Shown here one piece after another: positions 40,708 through 51,897 of a DNA stretch of 64,000 nt. This DNA comes from Bacteroidales bacterium. Lineage in GTDB: Bacteria; Bacteroidota; Bacteroidia; Bacteroidales; NBLH01. A program made the position numbers and the translations under genes. Below the pieces are notes generated by a model. The model was given only the letters and a program-made list of their open reading frames with translations, was not told the origin of the DNA and ran no database searches. Location: NCBI GenBank assembly GCA_016937695.1, contig JAFGWC010000069.1, positions 13,244 to 77,243 of the forward strand, given 5' to 3'. Position 1 is the stretch's first letter; every line of letters starts with the position of its first letter.

Positions 40708-41796
40708 ATGCAAAAAAACATTAGCAAAATACTAGAAAACGAAACCTTTTCCAAAACTGATATTATTAATTTATTAAAAGCTGATGAAAATGAGCGACAG
40801 TTAATTTTTAAAAAAGCTCATGAAATAAAGGAAAAGCATGTTGGGCTAAAAACTTATTACCGTGGATTGGTCGAGTTCTCAAATATTTGTTACAAAAACT
40901 GTTTTTATTGCGGCATAAGAGCTGCAAATAAAAATATTGTAAGATACGATATTGATGACAAAGAAATATTAGAAGCTGTTGAATTTGCTTATAAAAATAA
41001 ATATGCCTCGGTTGTGTTTCAATCAGGCGAAAGAGATGATGATGAATTTATAGAAAGAATAGAAAATTTATTGAAAAAATCTAAACAAATAACTAATAAT
41101 GAGATTGGTATAACAATTTCATTAGGTGAACAAACTTATGAAACTTATAAAAAATGGTTTGATGCCGGTGCACACAGGTATTTATTAAGAATTGAAACAT
41201 CAAACAAAGATTTGTTTTATAAAATTCATCCAAAAAATGAAAAGCATAATTTTGAAAAACGCTTAAAAGCACTTAAAGATATAAAAAAAGCCGGATATCA
41301 AACAGGAACCGGAGTAATGATTGGATTGCCTTTTCAAACAATTGAGAATTTAGCTGATGATTTATTGTTTTTTAAAGAAAATGATATTGATATGATTGGA
41401 ATGGGGCCTTTTATTGAGCATACAGAAACGCCACTTTATCAATACAGAAAAAATTTATTGCCATTGAACGAAAGATTTATTCTAAGCTTAAAAATGATAG
41501 CAATTTTAAGAATAATGATGAAAGATATAAATATTGCTGCTGCAACTGCTTTGCAGGCAATTGACGCATTAGGAAGAGAAAAAGCATTGAAAGTTGGTGC
41601 AAATATTATTATGCCAAATATAACACCAACTCAAAATAGAACAAATTACCAACTATATGAAAATAAGCCATGTATAGATGAAGGTGCAGATGATTGCACA
41701 TCTTGTTTAGAAGCACGAATTGTAATTGGAGGAGATGAGCTTGGTTATAATGAATGGGGCGATTCACCCCATTTTTCAAATCGTAAAAAAGCTTGA
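40708..41796 (+). CDS. hydE: [FeFe]-hydrogenase H-cluster radical SAM maturase HydE
   Basis: Closely parallels the Thermotoga maritima HydE blocks. EFSNICYKNCFYCGIRAANKNIVRY corresponds to EFSNVCRKNCLYCGLRRDNKNLKRY. GAHRYLLRIETSN corresponds to GADRYLLRHETAN. GANIIMPNITP...YQLY...C corresponds to GANVIMPNWTP...YQLYPGKIC. Confidence 0.8.
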   Translation: MQKNISKILENETFSKTDIINLLKADENERQLIFKKAHEIKEKHVGLKTYYRGLVEFSNICYKNCFYCGIRAANKNIVRYDIDDKEILEAVEFAYKNKYASVVFQSGERDDDEFIERIENLLKKSKQITNNEIGITISLGEQTYETYKKWFDAGAHRYLLRIETSNKDLFYKIHPKNEKHNFEKRLKALKDIKKAGYQTGTGVMIGLPFQTIENLADDLLFFKENDIDMIGMGPFIEHTETPLYQYRKNLLPLNERFILSLKMIAILRIMMKDINIAAATALQAIDALGREKALKVGANIIMPNITPTQNRTNYQLYENKPCIDEGADDCTSCLEARIVIGGDELGYNEWGDSPHFSNRKKA

Positions 41797-41799
41797 ATT

Positions 41800-42924
41800 T
41801 TATCTTAATTTATCAACAATATCGATAATAACATTAAGAACAGATTCGCCTAATCTTTTTGATCTGTCTGCTGACCAGCCATATACAGGATCAGGCATGT
41901 TTTTATTGTCTTTAAAAGGCATTTCAACCGTTAATGACAAACAATCAAATCGCTCGCCAATTTGGTTAGAGCAGATTCCTAAATTAGCTGTGCCGGGCTT
42001 GTCTTTTTCGTATCCAAATTCATTTTGAAAGTCGGGACTTATTTTTAACCAGAAATTACTAAAATCTTCTTCGAGTTTTTTTATTCTTTCAGAATAACTA
42101 GGATTTCCTTCGTTTCCGCTTATAAAATTGTAAGGTAAAGATTCATCGCCATGTATATCTAAACATAAATCAACTCCGTATTCATCCATTTGATTTTTAA
42201 TGTGATACACTTCAGGGCTACTTTCTTCTGTCGGGTTTTCCCATTCTCTGTTTAGGTTTTTTCCTGCTGCATTTGATCTTAAATTGCCATTTATGCTTCC
42301 ATCAATATTCATATTTGGAACAAGAAAAAATACAGCTTTGTCTGTTAATTTTCTTGAAACAGGATCGTTTTCATCTAAAAGTCTTTCAATTAAGCCTTCC
42401 ATAAACCATTCTGCCATTGGTTCGCCAGGATGTTGGCGTGCAATTATCCAAATATTTTTTTTGTTTTTATCAGGTTCGCCAACTATCAGCATATCAATGT
42501 TTCTACCTTCAATAGTTTCACCTGCATATTTTAAAACGCATAAATCAGATTCTTGAGCTTTACTTACTAAGTTTAAATGTTGCTCGTATGAATATGGTGC
42601 AAAAAAGGCATAAAATATGGAATTGTAAATTGGCATATGGTCAATTATTAGTGACTTGCCATCGTAACTAGTTGGAACTCTAAACCAGTTTTTTTTGTCG
42701 TATGATGCAACTGCTTGATAATCTTTCCAAAGAGGATATGAGCATTCGTGAGCATTTATTATTTTCATTTTACAAGGATAACCGGCAGCGCCAATTAATC
42801 TGTAATGAAACCATTGAAGAAAATCCGAATTTGAATCTTTTCTAACTTTTAACTGAATGTCTTCAGGTGCATCAATTGAAATAAGCTCAATATTTCCGCT
42901 ATCAAAATTTGATGAAATTTTCAT
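41800..42924 (-). CDS. M14-family zinc carboxypeptidase (cytosolic carboxypeptidase-like, with N-terminal beta-sandwich)
   Basis: Zn ligand motifs ARQHPGEPMAEW (HxxE) and LCLDIHGDE are present, together with NREW. Confidence 0.8.
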   Translation of the reverse strand: MKISSNFDSGNIELISIDAPEDIQLKVRKDSNSDFLQWFHYRLIGAAGYPCKMKIINAHECSYPLWKDYQAVASYDKKNWFRVPTSYDGKSLIIDHMPIYNSIFYAFFAPYSYEQHLNLVSKAQESDLCVLKYAGETIEGRNIDMLIVGEPDKNKKNIWIIARQHPGEPMAEWFMEGLIERLLDENDPVSRKLTDKAVFFLVPNMNIDGSINGNLRSNAAGKNLNREWENPTEESSPEVYHIKNQMDEYGVDLCLDIHGDESLPYNFISGNEGNPSYSERIKKLEEDFSNFWLKISPDFQNEFGYEKDKPGTANLGICSNQIGERFDCLSLTVEMPFKDNKNMPDPVYGWSADRSKRLGESVLNVIIDIVDKLR

Positions 42925-43010
42925 TTTAATAAGGTTTATATTTAAAAAGATTTAGATCTCAATAAAAATGTTAAATTAGATATGTAATTTTAAAATTTAT
43001 TTGTAAAATT

Positions 43011-43721
43011 CTATTTTGCTTTAATAGAACCTGAACCAGAAACATTAGTAGAAACTTTTTTAGGATTTCCTTTATAATAGATTTTACCGCTTTGACTAAC
43101 TTCTCCGTCAAGTTTATCGCTAACGCTTATTTTACAAGTTCCTGCTCCAGCAACTTCAGCATCCACGAATTTTGCATTTAAATCAAATGCGCCAATTGAA
43201 CCGGCGCCATCTAAATTTATTTCAAATTTGTTAGCAGTTCCTTTTAACTCAATATTGCCGGAACCTTTTGCTAAAGTTTCTAATTCATCAACGTCTAAAC
43301 TTAATTTAATATTTCCGGCACCTTTGGCTTTGAGATATATGTTTTCAGATTTAATTTGCCCCACACTTCTTAATTCAGTTGAGCCGTCAACATATATTTT
43401 TGTGATATTTGGGGTGTAGATATAAATTTTAAATTCGGTAATTTCTTCAAGGCACCTTTTTTCATAAATTTTTAGTTTCATGCCTGAAATTTCAGTAATT
43501 ATAAATGGTAATAAATTGCTGTCAATTTCAACTTTAACATAACTTGTATTCGATTGATTTATAAATACTTTGGCTTGTCCGTCAATATCTATTTCGTCAA
43601 ATTCTGTAAGTTCGCGAGTTTCTATTTCTACTTCTCCTTTACCTTTTTCGCAAAATAAATTACACGAGTTAGAAGTGAAAACTAAAAGAGCAAGAATTGA
43701 AGAAAATAAAATGTTTTTCAT
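43011..43721 (-). CDS. DUF2807 / head-GIN domain lipoprotein
   Basis: 236 aa with lipobox TSNSC. Repetitive beta-helix-like G(A/S)G(N/S/T)I/C repeats ending in GSGSIKAK are typical of DUF2807. Confidence 0.6.
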   Translation of the reverse strand: MKNILFSSILALLVFTSNSCNLFCEKGKGEVEIETRELTEFDEIDIDGQAKVFINQSNTSYVKVEIDSNLLPFIITEISGMKLKIYEKRCLEEITEFKIYIYTPNITKIYVDGSTELRSVGQIKSENIYLKAKGAGNIKLSLDVDELETLAKGSGNIELKGTANKFEINLDGAGSIGAFDLNAKFVDAEVAGAGTCKISVSDKLDGEVSQSGKIYYKGNPKKVSTNVSGSGSIKAK

Positions 43722-43854
43722 GTGATTTGAATTATTAGTGGCTTATTATCAATAATTTATACTTTTTAAGATTGATATGTTTTTAATCTTAAAAAACGCA
43801 ATTTGTACAAATATACAATTTTAAAATAAATCTTATTATTGCTAAAAATAAAAT

Positions 43855-46824
43855 TTAATTAAAAGATTGATAAAAAACACTTTGAATTTTCGAACGAATA
43901 TTTAATTCAACTAATTTGTTATTTTGGGCATTAGGGTATACTCTGTTTGAAAGGAAAATGTAAATAAAATCTTCTTTTGGGTCAACCCAGGCCATTGTTC
44001 CTGTAAAACCGGTATGTCCAAAACTATAACTTGAAGCTAAATTTGAAACAGGGCTTTTTTTTCTGCTTCCTGGTCTGTCAAAACCGAGAGCTCTTCTATT
44101 ATTGCTTTTGCTGTATGCTTTTTTTGTAAATAATGCAACAGTACTACTATTTAAATATCTTCTGCCGCCATATTCTCCTTTTTGAAGAAACATTTGCATT
44201 AATTTAGCTAAGTCGTTTGAATTTGAAAATAAGCCTGCATGTCCGCTAATACCGCCCATCATAGCAGCGCCATAATCATGTACATATCCTTGAATTAATT
44301 GTTTCCTAAATTTATTGTCTTTTTCCGTTGGGATTATTTTTTCTAAAGGATATTTGTTTAATGGATTATAAGTGGTTGATGTTAAGCCAATAGGCTTGTA
44401 AAAATTTTTATCTAAAAAATCAGTAAAGCTATATTTACTCTGATTTTCTATCATCTTATAAAATAAATAAAAACCTAAATCGCTATATCTGTATCCTGAT
44501 TTTGTTCGTAAAGGCGATTCTATAATTTGTTTATACATTGTGTCTGTATATGAGTTACTTATAAATATTTTTTCAGCAACTTTAAATTGATGTTTTTCAT
44601 CAGATTTTTGAGTGTAAATTTCGGGATTTAACTTATATGGAATTTTTGATTTTTTATCATATGTTCTTAAGTAAAAAGGTATCCAAGCTTTTAATTTTGC
44701 TTGGTGCGCCAGTATTTGTTTAATAATTATATCTTTTTTATTTGTTGAGTCTAATTCGCTTAAATAGTAAGATAGTTTTTTGTTTATGTCGATCTTTCCT
44801 TCATCAGATAATTTCATTATAGCCGGAATTGTAGCAGTTATTTTTGTAAGTGAAGCTATATCGTAAATATCGTCATTTTTTACTTTTAATTTTTTATCGT
44901 AAGTGTGATATCCAAAGGACTTCTGGTAAAAAACGGTCCCGTTTTTTATGGCCAAAATTTGACATCCGGGCATAACTTTTTCATCAATTGCACTTAATAC
45001 AATGCTGTCTATTTTTTTGAGCTTTAATTCGTTTATATTCAGCTCTATAGGCGGAGCATATTTAAGTCTGATTTTTTTATCAATTTCTCCCATTCTTGAT
45101 AGAAAGTATTTTCCTGCACTAACCGGAAGTTTGCCTTGAGCCGAAACGCCTCCAAAAATTAATTGAGCCGATAAATCTTGGCTTATATCTGTATCTTCGT
45201 AAGAAAGAATAATTGCATTAAATGAATTTGGTTTAAACATACTTAAAGTGTATGGACTCGCAAAAATATCTAAAATAACTTTTGTGTGTTTAGATAATTC
45301 ATGAGCAAACCAAACAGAAATTTTAGTTAATCCAAAGGATTTTGGTTGTCTGTTTGGATTATGAAAACCGGCAATTACTAAATCAAATTTTGATAATTTA
45401 TTTAATAAATAATTATAATCAGAAAGGCTGGCATTTTTATTTATAGAAAAGTGAGTAACATTATCATATAAACTTAAACTTTCTTGAAATTTGGTTTCTC
45501 CGCCATATCCTATTGAAACAGAGGCTATTCTAACGGAATCTAAATTTTTTATTGGAATTAAATCGTTATTGTTTTTAACTAAAGTTAAAGAATTTTCAAT
45601 TAATTTCCTGTTAATCAAATTAGCATTAGATGAGTTCAAATCTTGAGTTAGATTATCAATTTTAATTGGTTTGTAATTTTCTAAACCTACCCATTGTTTT
45701 GATTTTAAAACTTTTAAACAACGTCTGTCAATTTCTTCTTTACTTATTAAGCCGCTTTCAACAGCATTTTTTATGGCAGAAATGCTGGCATTTACATCAT
45801 CGGGCATTAATAAAATATCTACGCCTGCTAAAAATGCTTTTAAAGAAGTAGTTCCAGGCGAATTATAGTTGCTAACTCCTTTCATTCCAAGTGCATCTGT
45901 AAAAATCAAACCTTTAAATCCTAAATCATTTATTAATAAATCAGTAACAACATTTTTTGATAAACTTGAGGCACTAAATTCTGCAGAATCTAAAGCAGGA
46001 ATATGTAAGTGAGCAATCATTGTTGCTGCTAATCCTCTGTCAATTAAATACTTAAATGGAAAAAGTTCGATAGAATCTAATCTGTTAAAAGAGTGATTAA
46101 TAATGGGAAGCGTTTTATGAGAATCGCTGTCTGTATCTCCATGTCCGGGAAAATGTTTTGCTGTGGCGATTATTTTTTTTTCTTGCAATCCAAACATGTA
46201 TGCAAATCCTTTTTCGGCAACATTTACTCTGTCTTCACCAAATGAACGGCTGTTTATTACAGGATTTGCAGGATTATTATTAATGTCGATTACTGGTGCA
46301 AAGTTTACGTGAACTCCAAGTCTGTTGCACTGTTCGCCAATTTCAACTCCCAAATCGTAAAGCCATTTATTATTTTGTATTGCACCAAGCATCATTTGGA
46401 GCGGAAAATTTTGAACACTGTCAAGCCGCATTGAAAGTCCCCATTCTGCATCCATAGCAATAAGCAGAGGCGTTTTTGAAATTGATTGATAGTAGTTTGT
46501 TAAATTAGCTTGACGAACAGGCCCGCCTTGAAAAAAAATCAGGCCACCGATATTATGTTTTTGTATTAAATTTTCGATGTTTTTCTTATGTTCATCGCCT
46601 TTGTTTGAATATGCAGCAACCATTATAAGTTGTGCGATTTTATCATCAAGACTTAAACTTTGAAAAACAGAATCGACCCATTTATTTTTATATTTTATAA
46701 ACTCTGGATATCTGCTTTGGCTGAAATTTTCGACTTTAATTTTATTAGAACTAATATAGCTACTAGCAAATAAAATTATGATTGAAAAAATAAAAAATTT
46801 AAATATAAAATATAATAATTTCAT
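43855..46824 (-). CDS. fusion protein: GH3 beta-N-acetylhexosaminidase (NagZ-like) N-terminal domain plus class C/AmpH-like serine hydrolase (beta-lactamase fold) C-terminal domain
   Basis: 989 aa. The GH3 signature is KHFPGHGDTDSDSH. The C-terminal half carries SxxK (ASLTK) and YSDLGF (YxN/YSD-like) and ends in HTGFTGT. Confidence 0.85.
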   Translation of the reverse strand: MKLLYFIFKFFIFSIIILFASSYISSNKIKVENFSQSRYPEFIKYKNKWVDSVFQSLSLDDKIAQLIMVAAYSNKGDEHKKNIENLIQKHNIGGLIFFQGGPVRQANLTNYYQSISKTPLLIAMDAEWGLSMRLDSVQNFPLQMMLGAIQNNKWLYDLGVEIGEQCNRLGVHVNFAPVIDINNNPANPVINSRSFGEDRVNVAEKGFAYMFGLQEKKIIATAKHFPGHGDTDSDSHKTLPIINHSFNRLDSIELFPFKYLIDRGLAATMIAHLHIPALDSAEFSASSLSKNVVTDLLINDLGFKGLIFTDALGMKGVSNYNSPGTTSLKAFLAGVDILLMPDDVNASISAIKNAVESGLISKEEIDRRCLKVLKSKQWVGLENYKPIKIDNLTQDLNSSNANLINRKLIENSLTLVKNNNDLIPIKNLDSVRIASVSIGYGGETKFQESLSLYDNVTHFSINKNASLSDYNYLLNKLSKFDLVIAGFHNPNRQPKSFGLTKISVWFAHELSKHTKVILDIFASPYTLSMFKPNSFNAIILSYEDTDISQDLSAQLIFGGVSAQGKLPVSAGKYFLSRMGEIDKKIRLKYAPPIELNINELKLKKIDSIVLSAIDEKVMPGCQILAIKNGTVFYQKSFGYHTYDKKLKVKNDDIYDIASLTKITATIPAIMKLSDEGKIDINKKLSYYLSELDSTNKKDIIIKQILAHQAKLKAWIPFYLRTYDKKSKIPYKLNPEIYTQKSDEKHQFKVAEKIFISNSYTDTMYKQIIESPLRTKSGYRYSDLGFYLFYKMIENQSKYSFTDFLDKNFYKPIGLTSTTYNPLNKYPLEKIIPTEKDNKFRKQLIQGYVHDYGAAMMGGISGHAGLFSNSNDLAKLMQMFLQKGEYGGRRYLNSSTVALFTKKAYSKSNNRRALGFDRPGSRKKSPVSNLASSYSFGHTGFTGTMAWVDPKEDFIYIFLSNRVYPNAQNNKLVELNIRSKIQSVFYQSFN

Positions 46825-47067
46825 TATTTGTTGGCTTTTTTACATGTTGAACGACAAAATTTGTGCTAAATGTTGTGATAATCAAAATTTAATTTTTAAT
46901 AATCACAAATGTAAAAACAAATTGTAAAAAAGTAATGAATTATGTGAAAATAATTAAGGGCTTTTATGAAATTTTATTTATAAGCTCATAATATAAACAT
47001 TGTATAAAAACAATTTAACAATTTAATAATTTTTTATTTCTAATTGCTAATATATGTAATATATGCA

Positions 47068-48501
47068 TTAAGGTGTTTGTTTTGCTGCTCTTGAGGCTAA
47101 ACTTTCTATTGTTGATATTTCAATAAATGAAGCACCTTGTCCTGGACCAAAGTTCCCGGCAACTACAGCAATTAAATCTTGTGGTAGAATTTTCCCTTCT
47201 TTTAATAAAACACTAGTTAAAGTATTGAAAAACTCATCAGTTGAGTTTCGCATACTGGTAAAATATGTTTTAACACCATATGATAGAGAAAGTTCTCTTG
47301 CTAATTTTTTATCGTAACAAAAAGCAAATACCGGAAGTTTGCCTCTATATGAGGCTAAATTTCTAATCGTTCCACCTGTTAAACTATCAGCAACAATGCA
47401 TTTTATATCTAATTCAGTAGTTGCTTCAACAGCTGCTTTAGCTAATATCCCTAAAATTTTATTATGTAATGCTTTATCAGAAGGCTTTTTAAACGGTTTT
47501 TTGTTTTTTTCAACATGCTTCGCAATTTTTGTCATGATTTTTACAGACTCGACAGGGTAAAGTCCATAAGCAGTTTCACCACTTAACATTATAGCATCGG
47601 TGCCTTCATAAATAGCTGTTGCAATATCACTAACCTCTGCTCTGGTAGGCCTAGGATTTTCTATCATTGAGTAGAGCATTTGAGTTGCTACAATAACAGG
47701 CTTACGTCTTGAAACACAGCTTTTTATGAGCATTTTCTGTATTCCCGGAATTTCTTCCGCAGGAATTTCAATACCTAAATCTCCTCGAGCAATCATTGCA
47801 CCATAAGCATAATCTAAAATTTCATCAATATTGTCAACACCTTCTTGATTTTCAATTTTTGCAATTATTTTTATATTACTTTTATGCTTATCTAAAATGT
47901 GTTGAACTGCTAAAACATCTTCTTTCGTTCTTACAAAAGAGTGTGCAATAAAAGCCACATCTTGCTCTACTGCAAATTCTATAAATTTTTTATCTTTTTC
48001 GCTTAAGGATGGTAGTGAAATTAAAATTCCCGGCAGATTTATGCTTTTTCTGCTTCCAAGTTCACCATCATTTAAAATAAGGCAATTAAGTTGTTCATTG
48101 TCTTTAGAAATAACTTTGAATGCAAGTTCGCCATCATCAATTAAAATGGTTTTCCCAACCGGAACATCTTTTACAAAATCATTATAGGTAGTATAGATAC
48201 ATTTTTCTGTGCTGAGAAAATCAGCCCCACTTTTAAATAATATTTCGTTTCCTTTTATTAGCTTTATTTTTGTTTCAGTTACTGATGTTCTAATTTCAGG
48301 GCCTTTTGTGTCGATTAATATCGCTATTCTTTCAGACACTTTTCTAACATTCTCAATTACTTTTAGCGATTGTTCTGTTGATTGATGTGCAGTATTTAAT
48401 CTTACTACATTCATTCCTGCATCGAATAATTCCTTCAAAAAAGGAATGTCACATCTTTTATCTGAAATTGTAGCTACTATTTTTGTTTGTTTCAGCAACA
48501 T
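47068..48501 (-). CDS. pyk: pyruvate kinase
   Basis: Contains TKIVATI, MNVVRLNTAH, IIAKIENQEGV, MIARGDLGIEIP and ATQML. Confidence 0.95.
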   Translation of the reverse strand: MLLKQTKIVATISDKRCDIPFLKELFDAGMNVVRLNTAHQSTEQSLKVIENVRKVSERIAILIDTKGPEIRTSVTETKIKLIKGNEILFKSGADFLSTEKCIYTTYNDFVKDVPVGKTILIDDGELAFKVISKDNEQLNCLILNDGELGSRKSINLPGILISLPSLSEKDKKFIEFAVEQDVAFIAHSFVRTKEDVLAVQHILDKHKSNIKIIAKIENQEGVDNIDEILDYAYGAMIARGDLGIEIPAEEIPGIQKMLIKSCVSRRKPVIVATQMLYSMIENPRPTRAEVSDIATAIYEGTDAIMLSGETAYGLYPVESVKIMTKIAKHVEKNKKPFKKPSDKALHNKILGILAKAAVEATTELDIKCIVADSLTGGTIRNLASYRGKLPVFAFCYDKKLARELSLSYGVKTYFTSMRNSTDEFFNTLTSVLLKEGKILPQDLIAVVAGNFGPGQGASFIEISTIESLASRAAKQTP

Positions 48502-48512
48502 AATTGTTTTTT

Positions 48513-49469
48513 TTATTTTTTATAATTTTCGAGGAAATTTAATACGTTTTTCTCAATTCTTTCTGATACATTATCAATATCTTCTTTAATGAATTTTTCA
48601 CCAGTAATTTGCTCATAAAGTTCAATATATCTTTCTGATGTTTGTTTTACAAAATCATCAAAAATTGCAGGCATTTTTTGACCTGCTAAACCTTGAAATC
48701 CTTGTTCAATAAGCCATTCTCTAACAAATTCTTTTGATAATTGCTTTTGATTTTCTCCATTAGCTTGTCTAAGTTTATAACCCTCAGAATAAAAATATCT
48801 TGATGAATCAGGTGTGTGAATTTCATCAATTAAATAAATTTTCCCGTTTTTTTTGCCAAATTCATATTTTGTATCAACAAGAATTAAACCTTTTTCGGCA
48901 GCAATTTCAGTCCCTCGTTTAAATAAATCTAAGGAGTATTTTTCTAATTGAATATATTCATTTTCAGAAACTAAGCCTGTTGAAATTATCTCATCTCTTG
49001 AAATATCAGCATCGTGTTCGCCTTGTTCTGCTTTAGTTGTAGGCGTTAAAATAGGATTTTCAAATTTCTGGTGTTCTATCATTCCGTCAGGAATTGCAAC
49101 CCCACAAATTTCGCGACTTCCTTTTTTATATGACCGCCACGAACTACCTGTTAAATAGCCTCTTACAATCATCTCAACCGGAAATGGTTCGCAAACATAA
49201 CCAATTGTTACCATTGGATCTGGCGTTGCAATTTTCCAATTTGGAATTATATCAGAAGTTGCATCTAAAAATTTAGCTGCTATCTGGTTAAGCACCTGGC
49301 CTTTATATGGAATTCCTGTTGGTAAAATATGGTCAAAAGCAGAAATTCTATCAGAGACGATCATTATTAACAGCTCATTATCAATATTATAAACATCTCT
49401 AACTTTGCCTTTATAATAATTTGTTTGATTAGGGAATTTGAAATTTGATTCGATAACTGATTTGCTCAT
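48513..49469 (-). CDS. purC: phosphoribosylaminoimidazole-succinocarboxamide synthase (long form)
   Basis: 318 aa with [24 protein letters not shown] and [10 protein letters not shown]. Confidence 0.95.
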   Translation of the reverse strand: MSKSVIESNFKFPNQTNYYKGKVRDVYNIDNELLIMIVSDRISAFDHILPTGIPYKGQVLNQIAAKFLDATSDIIPNWKIATPDPMVTIGYVCEPFPVEMIVRGYLTGSSWRSYKKGSREICGVAIPDGMIEHQKFENPILTPTTKAEQGEHDADISRDEIISTGLVSENEYIQLEKYSLDLFKRGTEIAAEKGLILVDTKYEFGKKNGKIYLIDEIHTPDSSRYFYSEGYKLRQANGENQKQLSKEFVREWLIEQGFQGLAGQKMPAIFDDFVKQTSERYIELYEQITGEKFIKEDIDNVSERIEKNVLNFLENYKK

Positions 49470-49627
49470 TTTTTCTATTAGATTTATCTTTTTTGCAAAA
49501 TTATGTTTTTCAGTTGAATTAAAAAAAGATTAGAAATTAATTATTTATTATATTTATTTGCAATCGTTTGCACTTTGTTTTTTGTTTTTTATGTTAAAAA
49601 TCATGCTTTTAATAATACAAATTTAGC

Positions 49628-49635
49628 TACTTTTG
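49628..49635 (+). promoter_or_regulatory. candidate -7 box (TACTTTTG) for crcB
   Basis: Matches TAnnTTTG and ends 36 nt upstream of the crcB ATG at 49671. Confidence 0.35.
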
Positions 49636-49670
49636 TAATAAAGAAAATTGGATATTTCACGGTGTGTTTT

Positions 49671-50048
49671 ATGATAAAAATTTTACTTTTAGTTGGTTCC
49701 GGCGGTTTTATCGGTAGCGTTTTAAGGTATTTAGTTCAGCATTTTATGCATGAGAAATTTGAAACTGGATTTCCTGTCGGAACATTAACAGTAAATATTT
49801 TAGGCAGTTTCGTTATCGGTTTCATTTATGCTATATCTGAAAAAACTGGAGTTCTAAGTGCCGAATGGCGACTTTTTTTAGCTGTTGGAATATGTGGGGG
49901 ATTTACAACATTTTCATCTTTTGCATACGAAAGTTTTAAAATGTTAGGTTTAGAGCAGTTTTTCTTTGTAGCTTTGTATATGGGATTAAGCCTTTTTATG
50001 GGTTTATTGGCAACTTATTTAGGCATTTTAAGTATAAAACTTATTTAA
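49671..50048 (+). CDS. crcB: fluoride efflux channel CrcB (Fluc)
   Basis: 125 aa from the internal ATG (MIKILLLVGSGGFIGSVLRY...). It contains GTLTVNILGSFVIGF and CGGFTTFSSF. The 32-codon TTG-initiated upstream extension is rejected. Confidence 0.9.
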   Translation: MIKILLLVGSGGFIGSVLRYLVQHFMHEKFETGFPVGTLTVNILGSFVIGFIYAISEKTGVLSAEWRLFLAVGICGGFTTFSSFAYESFKMLGLEQFFFVALYMGLSLFMGLLATYLGILSIKLI

Positions 50049-50075
50049 TCTTTAAATTTAATTTAGATATTGATT

Positions 50076-51729
<1,654 letters not shown>

Positions 51730-51753
51730 TGCTTTGATTTGCATATAGTTACA

Positions 51754-51781
51754 AGCTCGAATTTTTTTCGGGCTTTTTTTA
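51754..51781 (+). terminator. rho-independent terminator downstream of eno
   Basis: 8-bp stem agctcgaa / ttcgggct (one U.G pair) with a 5-nt loop, followed by a T-run. Confidence 0.65.
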
Positions 51782-51897
51782 TTTTTATTTATTTGTTTTT
51801 TATTTTTTAATGTATAATTGTAGCTTAAAATTATTATTCAATAAATTACTTATATTGCATGCAATATTCTAAATCATAGACACTTAAATATAAAGAA

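Noticed and set aside
49470-49670. Looked for a fluoride (crcB-motif) riboswitch upstream of crcB.
   Set aside because: The spacer is almost pure A/T. It lacks the conserved GGxGAUG...CUGAUG elements and any matching helices, and the best -7 box leaves only about a 30-nt leader. This was a visual check only; cmsearch with RF01734 would be decisive.
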